64,000 nucleotides of DNA from Candidatus Collierbacteria bacterium (GTDB lineage: Bacteria; Patescibacteriota; Microgenomatia; UBA1400; JACPES01): positions 409,154 to 473,153 of the forward strand of contig JACPES010000003.1 in assembly GCA_016183365.1 (NCBI GenBank), in the 5' to 3' direction. The translations under genes and the position numbers were made by a program. This document shows positions 37,500 to 46,984 of this stretch, piece after piece. The notes beneath the pieces were generated by a model that ran no database searches, was not told where the DNA came from, and was given only the letters and a program-made list of their open reading frames with translations. Position 1 is the first letter of the stretch, and each line of letters begins with the position of its first letter.

Positions 37500-38473
37500 T
37501 AGATCTATCCGTTATTATTCTTTCTTACAATACTAAAGATTTGACTTTGGCTTGCTTGCAATCTGTTGTCAAAGACCTTAAAAATTCTTCTTTAAATGCC
37601 GAAATTATAGTGCTGGACAATGTCAGCACTGACGGAAGTCCCGAGTTAATTGAAAAACTCGAAACTCGAAACTCGAAACTCGAAATTGTTTTGGTGAGGA
37701 GTGATAAGAACCTCGGGTTTGCCAAGGCCAATAACTTGGCTGCCAAAAAAGCCGGCGGCAAATGGTTGTTGTTCTTAAATTCCGACACTGAAATTATTCC
37801 CGGGACTTTTCACGAGATGGAAAACTTTTTATCAAAAGAATCTCGAGTCGGAATCGCCAGTTGCGGTTTGCTTAATCCGGACAGGTCGATTCAGCCACAG
37901 GGGGGTTATTTGCCAAAACTTTCAACGGTGGCATTTTGGGCGCTATTCCTTGACGATCTGCCATTTTTTAAGCAAATTTTGCCATCGTATCAGTTGCGAC
38001 GGGAATCCTTTTTTACCGGAAGCCCAAAACATATCGGTTGGGTGGCCGGAACCGCGATGTGGGTGTCTGCCGAACTATGGCAAAAAGTAAAAGGATTTGA
38101 TGAATCTTTATTTATGTATGGCGAAGACGTTGAATTATGTTTAAGGGCCAGGAAATTGGATTGGGAAATAATGCTAAACCCAAAGACCTCAATTATTCAT
38201 TTGGGGAAAGCCGGTGGCGGAAATTGGATAAAGGGCGAGGTTGAGGGGCTAATGCATATTTTTAAACTTCACAAACCTAATTGGGAAATGCCGCTTCTCA
38301 AGATTATTTTAGGGCTGGGGATGATCTCGCGGTGGTTGATATTTGGTATACTGGGAGGCAATGGCGAGTATAAAAGAGGTTATTTCGAAGCCTTTAAATC
38401 GACCCTGGCTGTTTTGGCTGGCGGTATTTTTATCAATATTTATCCCACTTTATCCAAAATTTCCCTTATTTGA
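37496..38473 (+). CDS. GT2-family glycosyltransferase
   Basis: LSVIILSYNTKDLTLACLQS, LDNVSTDGS, LNSD (DXD), with a C-terminal TM segment. Confidence 0.8.
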   Translation: MIDLSVIILSYNTKDLTLACLQSVVKDLKNSSLNAEIIVLDNVSTDGSPELIEKLETRNSKLEIVLVRSDKNLGFAKANNLAAKKAGGKWLLFLNSDTEIIPGTFHEMENFLSKESRVGIASCGLLNPDRSIQPQGGYLPKLSTVAFWALFLDDLPFFKQILPSYQLRRESFFTGSPKHIGWVAGTAMWVSAELWQKVKGFDESLFMYGEDVELCLRARKLDWEIMLNPKTSIIHLGKAGGGNWIKGEVEGLMHIFKLHKPNWEMPLLKIILGLGMISRWLIFGILGGNGEYKRGYFEAFKSTLAVLAGGIFINIYPTLSKISLI

Positions 38474-39968
38474 CGTTTTGCCGGGATATATAGTTCGGGT
38501 CAGGCTGGAAGATTTTTTCATTTTAGTTTTTGCTTTAATTTACTTGGGATTATGGATTTTAGGGAAGGTAAAACCCTTAAAAAATCCTTTATTTTGGATA
38601 GTGGTCGGATATTTGGCGGTTGGAGCGGTTTCGGGACTGGTGGCAATTTTTATAATCAAAACTATTCCGATGGAGTCGGTTCACATTTTGAAATGGGCTT
38701 TGCATTGGGCCAGAAGGGTAGAATATTTTTTCCCGTTATTTTTATTTTACGACGGATTTAAAAACAGAGATTATTTTAAAAATTTAATTTTAGTTCTGAC
38801 TTTAGTCGTCCTGGCCACCGCGGTTTATGGATTTGGCCAAAAGTACGCCCAGTGGCCGGTGTATTCGACTATGAATCGGGAATTCGCCAAAGGCTGGAGA
38901 TTGGTTTTGACGGAACACGCCAGGGTACCCTCGACTTTTGCCGGGCACTATGATTTGGCGGCGTTTCTGGTGTTGGTTTTACCCTTAACGATGGGAGCGG
39001 TATTTTACAGCCGATCTTTATCAGGGAAGATATTGGGTTGGTCGGCTTTTATTTCAGGATATACATTATTAATTTTAACCGCGTCCCGGACATCATTTTT
39101 GGCTTTGGCGGGGAGTATTATTCTACTTTTTGGTTTTTATATCCACGCTTTGGGATGGAAAAAAACTTTAGTTCAGATGTTGATTATAACTGTATTTGGT
39201 GCCACCACTTTTTTGGCATTCGGAGACTTGTCAGGTAGATTTTCCCAGATTATTAATTTGTCTAAAGCCAATGGTTATATAGCCAATAACATTTTCCATT
39301 TAGACCAAAAAACGCCTCAACATTATGTCAATATTTCCGATCAATTGGCTTTGGTAGCCGATAAAACCGACATCCCGCCGGTACCGGTTAAATCCAGAGG
39401 TTCCGGAAGTCAGGGTGCAACGGGGGAAGAGTCACCCGAGTTTCTGTCCCCGCCGGATGTGTATGGAGACATTCCCGACCTGTTTAGTTCCGTTGACTCA
39501 AACGGAGTTGTTACAATTATTTCTAAACCAAGACAATATTCCGTTGCGGCTTTTACTTATGGATTGTCATCAGCCATTAGATTCGATGCCCTTTGGCCGC
39601 GAGCTATAGCCGGTTTTAAGAAAAATCCATTATTAGGGTCGGGGTATTCCACCTTGGTAAAAGTTCAGGTTACAGATTTTACCGAGGCCGAATCAACCGA
39701 TAATGATTATCTGCGGGCTTTGGGAGAAACCGGTTTATTGGGTTTTTTCTTGTTTTACGGTGCTATCGTTTATGCCGCGTATTTAATCTGGAAAAGCCTG
39801 AAGACGAGAGAATTTTATGAAGGTAAAGCCGTTTTAGCGGCGGTCCTGGTCGGAATTTTAGGATTACTCATAAACGCGACGTATATAGATGTTTTTGAAG
39901 CCAGTAAAGTGGCTTTGGCTTTTTGGGGTTTAATCGGAGCGTCAATAGCCTATGGGAAAACACATTAA
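38343..39968 (+). CDS. O-antigen ligase / polymerase-like (Wzy_C domain) membrane protein
   Basis: Polytopic, with a large loop holding a GSGYS..DNDYLRALGETG-type motif; the true start may lie downstream of 38343, since the ORF overlaps the upstream GT2 by 131 bp. Confidence 0.5.
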   Translation: MVYWEAMASIKEVISKPLNRPWLFWLAVFLSIFIPLYPKFPLFDVLPGYIVRVRLEDFFILVFALIYLGLWILGKVKPLKNPLFWIVVGYLAVGAVSGLVAIFIIKTIPMESVHILKWALHWARRVEYFFPLFLFYDGFKNRDYFKNLILVLTLVVLATAVYGFGQKYAQWPVYSTMNREFAKGWRLVLTEHARVPSTFAGHYDLAAFLVLVLPLTMGAVFYSRSLSGKILGWSAFISGYTLLILTASRTSFLALAGSIILLFGFYIHALGWKKTLVQMLIITVFGATTFLAFGDLSGRFSQIINLSKANGYIANNIFHLDQKTPQHYVNISDQLALVADKTDIPPVPVKSRGSGSQGATGEESPEFLSPPDVYGDIPDLFSSVDSNGVVTIISKPRQYSVAAFTYGLSSAIRFDALWPRAIAGFKKNPLLGSGYSTLVKVQVTDFTEAESTDNDYLRALGETGLLGFFLFYGAIVYAAYLIWKSLKTREFYEGKAVLAAVLVGILGLLINATYIDVFEASKVALAFWGLIGASIAYGKTH

Positions 39969-41415
39969 GCAATATTTAAATTTAGCGATCATAGTGGTTT
40001 TAGGGTTAGGGTTAAGACTTTACCGGATAAATTTTCCGTTGGCGGATTGGCATTCCTGGCGGCAGGTAGATACGGCCGGGGTAACCAGAGAGTTTGTTAA
40101 AAACGGCATAGATTTATTACATCCTAAGTACATGGACATCAGCTCAATTCCTTCCGGTCTGTCTAATCCGGAAGGGTGGAGAATGGTGGAGTTTCCTTTT
40201 GTCAACGGTTTAACCGCCGAGATAGCGCAAATTATGAAGCGGGCGGGAGTATTTAATGATTGGACGGACATAGTCATAGTTGAAAGAATGGTTTCTATAA
40301 TTTTCTCTTTAGGTTCAATAGTGGGAATGTATTTATTGGTCAAAGAAATTTCAGATGAGAAAATTGCCTTGATTTCGGCCGCGGTTTTGGCTTTTTTGCC
40401 ATTCAATATTTATTATTCCAGGGTTGTTTTACCCGAACCGAAACTAGTATTCTTTTCTTTGTTTGCCAGTTTATTTGCATACCGTTTTATTGATAAAGGA
40501 AAATGGTCAGATTGGTTTTTTTGGATTGTAACCGGAGCTTTGGCCACACTTTTAAAACCGATGTGGCTTTTAATATTCGGTCCGGCGCTGATTTGGGCGG
40601 CAATTAGGATTAGGAGGGGCGACGTTTTTAGTTTTAGTTGGGGATTAAAGTTTGCCTTGGGTTGGGTAGCCGTTTTGGCGCCGTTTTTCCTATGGCGGGG
40701 ATGGATCGTCCAATTCCCGGCCGGAATTCCGGCTTCGAATTGGCTATTTAATGCCGGCGGATTAAGGTGGCGGCCGGCCTGGTTCAGATGGTTATTGGCC
40801 GATAGGTTGGGACGGTTGATCTTGGGTTATTGGGGAATGATTCCGTTCGGTCTGGGAATTATCACTTTATCTGAAAAGAAAGAGGATTGGTTTTTCCATT
40901 GGTGGTTGTTGGGAGGGTTGGCATATTTATCTGTTTTTGCCACAGGTAACGTTACTCATGATTATTACCAGGCTATTTTAACCCCGGTTATTGCGGTGGT
41001 AGCGGCCAAGGGTTTGTATTTTCTATGGAAACCACCCGCGGGAGTCTCGCGATTGATGGCCCGCGGTTTGGCGCTTGCCATCCCGATTTTAGCCTTGGGT
41101 TTTTCTTGGTTTTATATCAGAGATTATTTCAATATTAACCGTCAGGAAATTGTAGAGGCCGGCAGGGCGGCGGATAAAATTTTGCCGATGGAGGCTAAAG
41201 TGGTGGTTCCGTACGGCGGAGATACGGCATTTTTGTTTCAAACCAACAGGAGAGGGTGGCCTGTCGGGGAAGGGATTGAGAATAAAATCAGTCTGGGAGC
41301 CACTCACTACGTTTCGGTGAATTTTGATAGCGAAACAACTTTACTTATGGACAAATGCCAATCATTATTAAAGACGGATAAATATGTAATCATAGACCTC
41401 AAAACCTGTAAATGA
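39952..41415 (+). CDS. GT-C family membrane glycosyltransferase (ArnT-like)
   Basis: 487 aa polytopic; N-terminal loop WRQVDT; architecture matches ArnT/PMT. Confidence 0.45.
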   Translation: MGKHIKQYLNLAIIVVLGLGLRLYRINFPLADWHSWRQVDTAGVTREFVKNGIDLLHPKYMDISSIPSGLSNPEGWRMVEFPFVNGLTAEIAQIMKRAGVFNDWTDIVIVERMVSIIFSLGSIVGMYLLVKEISDEKIALISAAVLAFLPFNIYYSRVVLPEPKLVFFSLFASLFAYRFIDKGKWSDWFFWIVTGALATLLKPMWLLIFGPALIWAAIRIRRGDVFSFSWGLKFALGWVAVLAPFFLWRGWIVQFPAGIPASNWLFNAGGLRWRPAWFRWLLADRLGRLILGYWGMIPFGLGIITLSEKKEDWFFHWWLLGGLAYLSVFATGNVTHDYYQAILTPVIAVVAAKGLYFLWKPPAGVSRLMARGLALAIPILALGFSWFYIRDYFNINRQEIVEAGRAADKILPMEAKVVVPYGGDTAFLFQTNRRGWPVGEGIENKISLGATHYVSVNFDSETTLLMDKCQSLLKTDKYVIIDLKTCK

Positions 41416-42611
41416 AAATTTTGATGCTCACCCCATATCTGCCTTGGCCTTTGAATTCCGGCGGTCAGATCAGGACTTACAATTTGTTGAAGAACTTAGC
41501 CCATAAGCATGAAATCTCCCTGTTTTCTTTTATCCGGGACGACGAGGAAAGAAAATATATTGGTAAGCTTAAGCCTTATTGCCGGAAAATTCTGTTATTT
41601 AAGCGGACCCAGAGTCCGTGGGCCATCCGGAATATCTTATTGGCAGGTTTAACCCCTTATCCATTTCTGGTATGCATTTATCTTTCAAAAACAGCAAAAG
41701 ACGCCTTAAGGCGGGAATTGAATCGCGAAAAGTATGACATTATCCACGCCGAGACTTTTTACGTCATGCCGAATATTCCGGCAACTGAAATCCCGACTCT
41801 GTTGGTGGAACAAACTATAGAATATTTAGGATATCAAACTTACACCGCCCAAACCGCTATGCCTTTACTACGTCCGCTTCTGCACATAGATGTAATCAAG
41901 TTGAAGTTTTGGGAAAAGCTGTTTTGGAAAAAGGCCGATCATCTGGTGACTATGTCAACTGAAGACCGGGATTGGATAAAAAGAATGGTGCCGGACTCCA
42001 AGGTTAGCATTGTAGCCAATGGAATCGACGTGGAGTATTTCAAGAATACACCTATAAGAAGGCCAAAGAGTCCAACCGTCTTGTTTGTCGGAAATTATAA
42101 ATGGTTGCCAAACGTTGACGCCGCCAAATATATCGCTTATGAAATTTGGCCTTCAATTCATCGGCAGATTCCGAACGCCGAATTAAAGATAGTTGGACGA
42201 GACGCGACTAATGAAATTTTAAAACTTAAACGTATTCCGGGAGTGAATGTGATAGGAGAAGTTGGAGATATCCGCGAGGCTCTGGGCAGCGCCCATGTGA
42301 TGCTGGCTCCAATCAGAAACGGCAGAGGGACAAGATATAAAATTTTGGAAGCTATGGCTGCCGGACTGCCGGTGGTGTCAACATCTTTGGGAATTGAAGG
42401 CATCAGAGCTAAAGACGGGGTTAATGCTTTGATCAGGGATTCTAAAGAAGAGCTGGTTAGGGCCACGGTTGAGTTATTGAAAAATCCGGCCTTGACCAAA
42501 AAATTAGCGATTAATGGGAAAAGGCTGGTGGATAATAATTTTAATTGGGAAAAAATATCCGGCGATTTAGACGTGGTCTATCAGAAACTTGGCCGACTCC
42601 ATGAAAACTAA
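41412..42611 (+). CDS. GT4-family glycosyltransferase
   Basis: GTRYKILEAMAAGLPVV (EX7E-like); 399 aa. Confidence 0.8.
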   Translation: MKILMLTPYLPWPLNSGGQIRTYNLLKNLAHKHEISLFSFIRDDEERKYIGKLKPYCRKILLFKRTQSPWAIRNILLAGLTPYPFLVCIYLSKTAKDALRRELNREKYDIIHAETFYVMPNIPATEIPTLLVEQTIEYLGYQTYTAQTAMPLLRPLLHIDVIKLKFWEKLFWKKADHLVTMSTEDRDWIKRMVPDSKVSIVANGIDVEYFKNTPIRRPKSPTVLFVGNYKWLPNVDAAKYIAYEIWPSIHRQIPNAELKIVGRDATNEILKLKRIPGVNVIGEVGDIREALGSAHVMLAPIRNGRGTRYKILEAMAAGLPVVSTSLGIEGIRAKDGVNALIRDSKEELVRATVELLKNPALTKKLAINGKRLVDNNFNWEKISGDLDVVYQKLGRLHEN

Positions 42612-43482
42612 ATTATCGATTATCATTGTAAGTTACAACACTTCCGGGTTACTTAAGCAATGTTTGTCTGCGGTTCTTGCTTCGAGCGGCTTAAAGCCAA
42701 AAGAATTGGAAATTATAGTAGTAGATAACGGAAGCAATGATGGTAGTCAAGAAGTAGTAAATAAATTCAGAATTCAGAATTCAGAATTAAGAATTGAGTT
42801 AATAGAAAACAAGGAGAATTTGGGGTTTGCGGTCGGAAATAATATCGGGATCAATAATTCCGACGGAAAATTTTTATTATTGTTGAATTCCGATACTTTG
42901 ATTGAAACGGACACGTTGATAACGATATTAAAAGCGATGGAAAATGATTCGTCGATCGGAGCGGCCACTTGTTTGTTGCAAACGACTGACGGCAAGATTG
43001 ACCCGGCTTCTCACCGGGGATTTCCCACTCTCTGGAATGCCGGCAGTTATTTTTTAGGATTTGAGAAATTATTTCCCGCCAGCCGGATCTTTGGAGGTTA
43101 CCATCAAGGGTGGAAAAATTTTAAAGTTCCGCATGAAGTTGATTGCATCTCCGGAGCTTTTTTTATGGTTTCCCGGGAGGTTATTGACAGGGTTGGCTTA
43201 TTGGATGAAAGATTTTTTATGTACGGCGAAGATATTGACTGGTGTTTCCGGATAAAACAAGCAGGGTTTAAAATACTTTTTCATCCCGGGGTAAAAACTT
43301 TACACTTAAAGAAACAATCAGGCCGGGACAGCCGAACTGACCAGACGGCCAAAAAGAATGCCAGGCGGAAATTTGTAGAAACTATGGCGCAATTTTATTC
43401 CAAACACTATTTGTCTAAATATCCGGATCTCGTTTCCAAAATAGTTTTAGGCTTATTGTGGTTAATAAAAATTTTTATATGA
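42589..43482 (+). CDS. GT2-family glycosyltransferase
   Basis: LSIIIVSYNTSGLLKQCL, VDNGSNDGS, LNSD; has an in-frame aattcag array. Confidence 0.8.
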   Translation: MADSMKTKLSIIIVSYNTSGLLKQCLSAVLASSGLKPKELEIIVVDNGSNDGSQEVVNKFRIQNSELRIELIENKENLGFAVGNNIGINNSDGKFLLLLNSDTLIETDTLITILKAMENDSSIGAATCLLQTTDGKIDPASHRGFPTLWNAGSYFLGFEKLFPASRIFGGYHQGWKNFKVPHEVDCISGAFFMVSREVIDRVGLLDERFFMYGEDIDWCFRIKQAGFKILFHPGVKTLHLKKQSGRDSRTDQTAKKNARRKFVETMAQFYSKHYLSKYPDLVSKIVLGLLWLIKIFI

Positions 43483-43621
43483 TAGCAGTTTCATGCATAT
43501 TAGCTAGTTGGCAGAATGCACAAAGCGGACGGTCTGGCGGAGCCAGATCCTGCTTTGCAGGACAGCTAGCTTACTTCGCAAATTTGCCAACTTTGCTGGT
43601 GGACATGCACGAAACTCTTAT

Positions 43622-44749
43622 ATGAAAAAGATTGTTATAGATGCCAGATTATCGGGGCTTAAACATGCCGGGATCGGAAGATATACTCAAATGCTTTGTG
43701 AGCATTTAAACGATTTACGATTTACCTGCCCTCAGACGCTACGCGCCAAGTGTTGCAGGCTGGCGATTTACGATTTACGAATGATTTCTCCCGACATTCG
43801 TCACTATACGTTGGCAGAGCAAATTAAAATGCCGATTATTTTGGCAAAAGAGAAACCTGACTTAGCCCATTTCCCCCATTTTAATGTTCCGCTTTTATAT
43901 AACTCTCCTTTCGTAGTGACGATTCACGATTTACTCTGGCACGAACAGGTGGGGACAACGGCGACTACTTTGCCGGTTTGGATTTACTGGCTGAAATATT
44001 TTGCGTACAGATTGGTTTTAAGACACGCGGTTTTAAGTTCAAGGACTATTATTGTACCGTCCAATTGGGTGAAGAAAAAGATTGTGGAGAGATTTCCGGA
44101 AGTATCAGGGAAAATTCAGGTTATATACGAAGGTGTTGTTCAATCTTTTATTACAGATGGCCGATCGGCAGTCGGTAATGAAACTTTGGCTAAATATAAT
44201 TTGCATCCAAAACAATATTTAATCTACACAGGATCTCTATATCCACATAAAAATGTTGAACCCGTATTAAATGTTGTACAACATTTAATAAATTTGAAGT
44301 TTGTAGTTTGTTGTTCCAGAAGCATGTTCTGGGAAAGGTTCAAAAAGTATATCGAGAGAAAAGGGTTGAAAGATAGGGTTGTTTTGGCCGGATTTGTTCC
44401 GGACGATGAGTTGGCGATTTTATACAAAAATGCTTTGGCTTTTGTGTTTCCTTCAAACTCGGAAGGGTTCGGTTTGCCCGGTCTCGAGGCTATGGCCGCC
44501 GAATGTCCGGTAATCAGCTCAAACGCCGGAGCCTTGCCGGAGATTTACGGTGATGCGGCGTTGTACTTTGATCCAAAATCAGATATAGATTTGAGAATAG
44601 GGATAGAGAAGGTAAGGAAAGACAAAAGATACAGAGAAGAATTGATTAGAAAAGGAAAAGAACGGGCAAAAAAATTTACATGGGAGAAGATGGCAAAAGA
44701 AACAATGGAGGTATATGCGGGTTGCTTTGGTATACGACAGGGTAAATAA
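43622..44749 (+). CDS. GT4-family glycosyltransferase
   Basis: EGFGLPGLEAMAAECPVI; start at the ATG at 43622; the first 38 ORF-track codons are upstream sequence. Confidence 0.7.
   Translation: MKKIVIDARLSGLKHAGIGRYTQMLCEHLNDLRFTCPQTLRAKCCRLAIYDLRMISPDIRHYTLAEQIKMPIILAKEKPDLAHFPHFNVPLLYNSPFVVTIHDLLWHEQVGTTATTLPVWIYWLKYFAYRLVLRHAVLSSRTIIVPSNWVKKKIVERFPEVSGKIQVIYEGVVQSFITDGRSAVGNETLAKYNLHPKQYLIYTGSLYPHKNVEPVLNVVQHLINLKFVVCCSRSMFWERFKKYIERKGLKDRVVLAGFVPDDELAILYKNALAFVFPSNSEGFGLPGLEAMAAECPVISSNAGALPEIYGDAALYFDPKSDIDLRIGIEKVRKDKRYREELIRKGKERAKKFTWEKMAKETMEVYAGCFGIRQGK
43711..43778. repeat. 38-bp insertion flanked by duplicated cgatttacgatttac heptamer arrays, in-frame
   Basis: cgatttacgatttac | ctgccctcagacgctacgcgccaagtgttgcaggctgg | cgatttacgatttac. 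Confidence 0.7.
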
Positions 44750-45914
44750 GTTTGGAGGGGCGGAGAGGGTGTTGACGGCCTTACATGAGATTTGGCCGGA
44801 GGCGCCGCTTTTTACCGGCGTTTATGATTCCGAAGTGGCTGGCTGGGCTAAGGGTTGGGATATAAGAACTTCGTTTTTGCAATCTTTTCCTTTTGCCAAA
44901 AAATGGCACGAGGGTTTCGGATGGATGATGCCATTGGCTTTTGAATCATTTGATTTTTCTGAGTTTGACGTAATTATTTCAGTCACTTCCGAAGCCGCCA
45001 AAGGAATAATTACTAATCCGAGGCAACTGCACATTTGCTATTTGTTGACCCCGACCAGATATTTATGGAGTCATGCAAACGAATATTTATCGGAAATCCC
45101 GACGGCGTTGAAGCCGTTGGCGCGGATTGCTCAAGTTAAATTGAGGGTTTGGGATTTTATGGCCGCCCAACGGCCGGATTACTTTTTAAGTATCAGTAAA
45201 TTAGTTCAACGCAGATGTTGGAAATATTATCGGCGAGAGGCGGAGGTAGTGTATCCGATGTTGGGATTATCGAGCTCTTTGAACGTTGAACGTCGAACGT
45301 TGAACGTTGATCAGCGATCAACGCACAGCGCGCAACGGTCAGCTGTTAAGTCTTACTTTCTGGTCGTTTCCCGTTTGGTTCCCTATAAAAGAATTGATTT
45401 AGCCATTAAAGCGTATAACAGATTAAAACTGCCGTTGGTCATAGTCGGGACCGGGTCAGAAGAAAAAAGCTTAAAACGTTTAGCAGGTCGAACTATAAAA
45501 TTCACCGGATATTTGACAGATCAGGGGCTGATTGAGTACTATCGAAATGCTCGAGCGATTATAATGCCCCAAGAGGAAGATTTTGGATTAACCGCGGTCG
45601 AGGCTTTGTCATTCGGAGTTCCGGTAATAAGTTATAAACACAGTGGCGCGGCTGAGATGATAAAGGATGGAGAAACCGGAATTCTATTCGGCGAACAATC
45701 GGTAAATTCGCTAGCTGAAGCGATAAAAAAAATTAAAAATGTGAAGTTTCGCCCTGCGGAGCGGGGTCCTGCTTCGCCCTGTACCAGACGGTACGGGGCT
45801 TCGCAGGATAAACTTCACAATGAGATTTATTCTCAAAATAGATTTAAACAGGAATTTAAAGATAAAATAAACAAACTATGGATGAAGCATCAAGAAAACA
45901 TTTATTCGCGGTAA
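44715..45914 (+). CDS. GT4-family glycosyltransferase
   Basis: Typical GT-B C-terminal domain EEDFGLTAVEALSFGVPVI; carries a heptamer array and a family C palindrome in-frame. Confidence 0.7.
   Translation: MRVALVYDRVNKFGGAERVLTALHEIWPEAPLFTGVYDSEVAGWAKGWDIRTSFLQSFPFAKKWHEGFGWMMPLAFESFDFSEFDVIISVTSEAAKGIITNPRQLHICYLLTPTRYLWSHANEYLSEIPTALKPLARIAQVKLRVWDFMAAQRPDYFLSISKLVQRRCWKYYRREAEVVYPMLGLSSSLNVERRTLNVDQRSTHSAQRSAVKSYFLVVSRLVPYKRIDLAIKAYNRLKLPLVIVGTGSEEKSLKRLAGRTIKFTGYLTDQGLIEYYRNARAIIMPQEEDFGLTAVEALSFGVPVISYKHSGAAEMIKDGETGILFGEQSVNSLAEAIKKIKNVKFRPAERGPASPCTRRYGASQDKLHNEIYSQNRFKQEFKDKINKLWMKHQENIYSR
45283..45326. repeat. Heptamer tandem array gaacgtt x4, in-frame
   Basis: gaacgttgaacgtcgaacgttgaacgttgatcagcgatcaacg; encodes SLNVERRTLNVDQRS. 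Confidence 0.8.
45741..45818. repeat. Family C 78-bp palindromic element, in-frame (reverse complement of the 22818 copy)
   Basis: gtgaagtttcgccctgcggagcggggtcctgcttcgccctgtaccagacggtacggggcttcgcaggataaacttcac. Confidence 0.85.
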
Positions 45915-46984
45915 TTTTGGCCGGCGGCGGCGGCACCAGATTATGGCCCCGGTCGACCAATGCCAAACCCAAACAGTTTTTACGGCTGATCTCGGATAAG
46001 ACCATGCTTCAGGAAACCTTCTTACGGATTACTTCGATCATTCCTTCTCAAAGGGTTTTGGTAATCACCAATTCAAAATATAAATCTATGGTAGAAACGG
46101 ATTTGCCTTCGGTGCCTGTAAAAAATATTTTTGCCGAACCGGAAAAAAGAGATACTGCTATGGCGATGGGGGTAGGCGCGATTATGGCGTCTTGGCTAGA
46201 CCCGGAAGCGGTAATTATTAATTTAGCCGCCGATCATGTTGTTAAAAATGAGGATGAATTCCATAGGACGATTCTGGCGGCGGCTGCCGCTGCCCAAAGC
46301 GGCAATTTCCTGGTAACGGTAGGGATTAGTCCGACTTCCCCCCATACCGGTTTGGGTTATATAAAAATAGGTGAAAAGATTAATGAGCTTAACGGCCTTC
46401 CGATTTTTAAAGTTACCGGGTTTACGGAAAAACCGAAGACAGGTAAAGCCAAAGAATTTCTGGCAACGGGAAAATATTTTTGGAATGCCAATAATTACGT
46501 TTGGACCGCTAATTCGGCACTTGAGTCCTTTAAAAAACATTTACCCAAAACTTACTCCCAGTTATTAAAATTGAAAGAAGCCTTGGACGGAAAAGAGTTA
46601 AATAAAGCGATCGGAGAGGCTTATTCATCGGTTGAGCCAATATCTATCGATTATGGTGTATCTGAAAAAGCCGAAAATTTATTGTTGGTGCCCGGAGACT
46701 TTGGGTGGAGCGATATTGGGGATTGGCAAGTGGTTTACGACCTGTCGACTAAGGATAAAATGGGGAATGTGATTGACCAGTCACGAGGAGTACCTCCGAT
46801 ACTAATTGACGTCAAGGGCTGTTTTGTTTGCGGAGGAAAAAAACTATTGACTGCGGTTGGAGTGGAAAATATGATAATAGTAGAAACCAAAAAAGCAGTT
46901 TTAATAGTTCCCAAAAATAAAGCCCAATCGGTAAAGCTTATTGTCGAGTGGCTTAAAGTAAAAGGCATGACCGAATATTTATGA
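45878..46984 (+). CDS. manC: Mannose-1-phosphate guanylyltransferase (ManC/GMPP family, nucleotidyltransferase domain only)
   Basis: AVILAGGGGTRLWPRS, LAADHVV, GYIK; 368 aa. Confidence 0.75.
   Translation: MDEASRKHLFAVILAGGGGTRLWPRSTNAKPKQFLRLISDKTMLQETFLRITSIIPSQRVLVITNSKYKSMVETDLPSVPVKNIFAEPEKRDTAMAMGVGAIMASWLDPEAVIINLAADHVVKNEDEFHRTILAAAAAAQSGNFLVTVGISPTSPHTGLGYIKIGEKINELNGLPIFKVTGFTEKPKTGKAKEFLATGKYFWNANNYVWTANSALESFKKHLPKTYSQLLKLKEALDGKELNKAIGEAYSSVEPISIDYGVSEKAENLLLVPGDFGWSDIGDWQVVYDLSTKDKMGNVIDQSRGVPPILIDVKGCFVCGGKKLLTAVGVENMIIVETKKAVLIVPKNKAQSVKLIVEWLKVKGMTEYL

Noticed and set aside
10402..45326. Heptamer tandem arrays as possible CRISPR arrays
   Set aside because: Units are 7 bp with no unique spacers, the arrays are only 3-5 units long and no cas genes are nearby. 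They are simple tandem repeats, not CRISPR.
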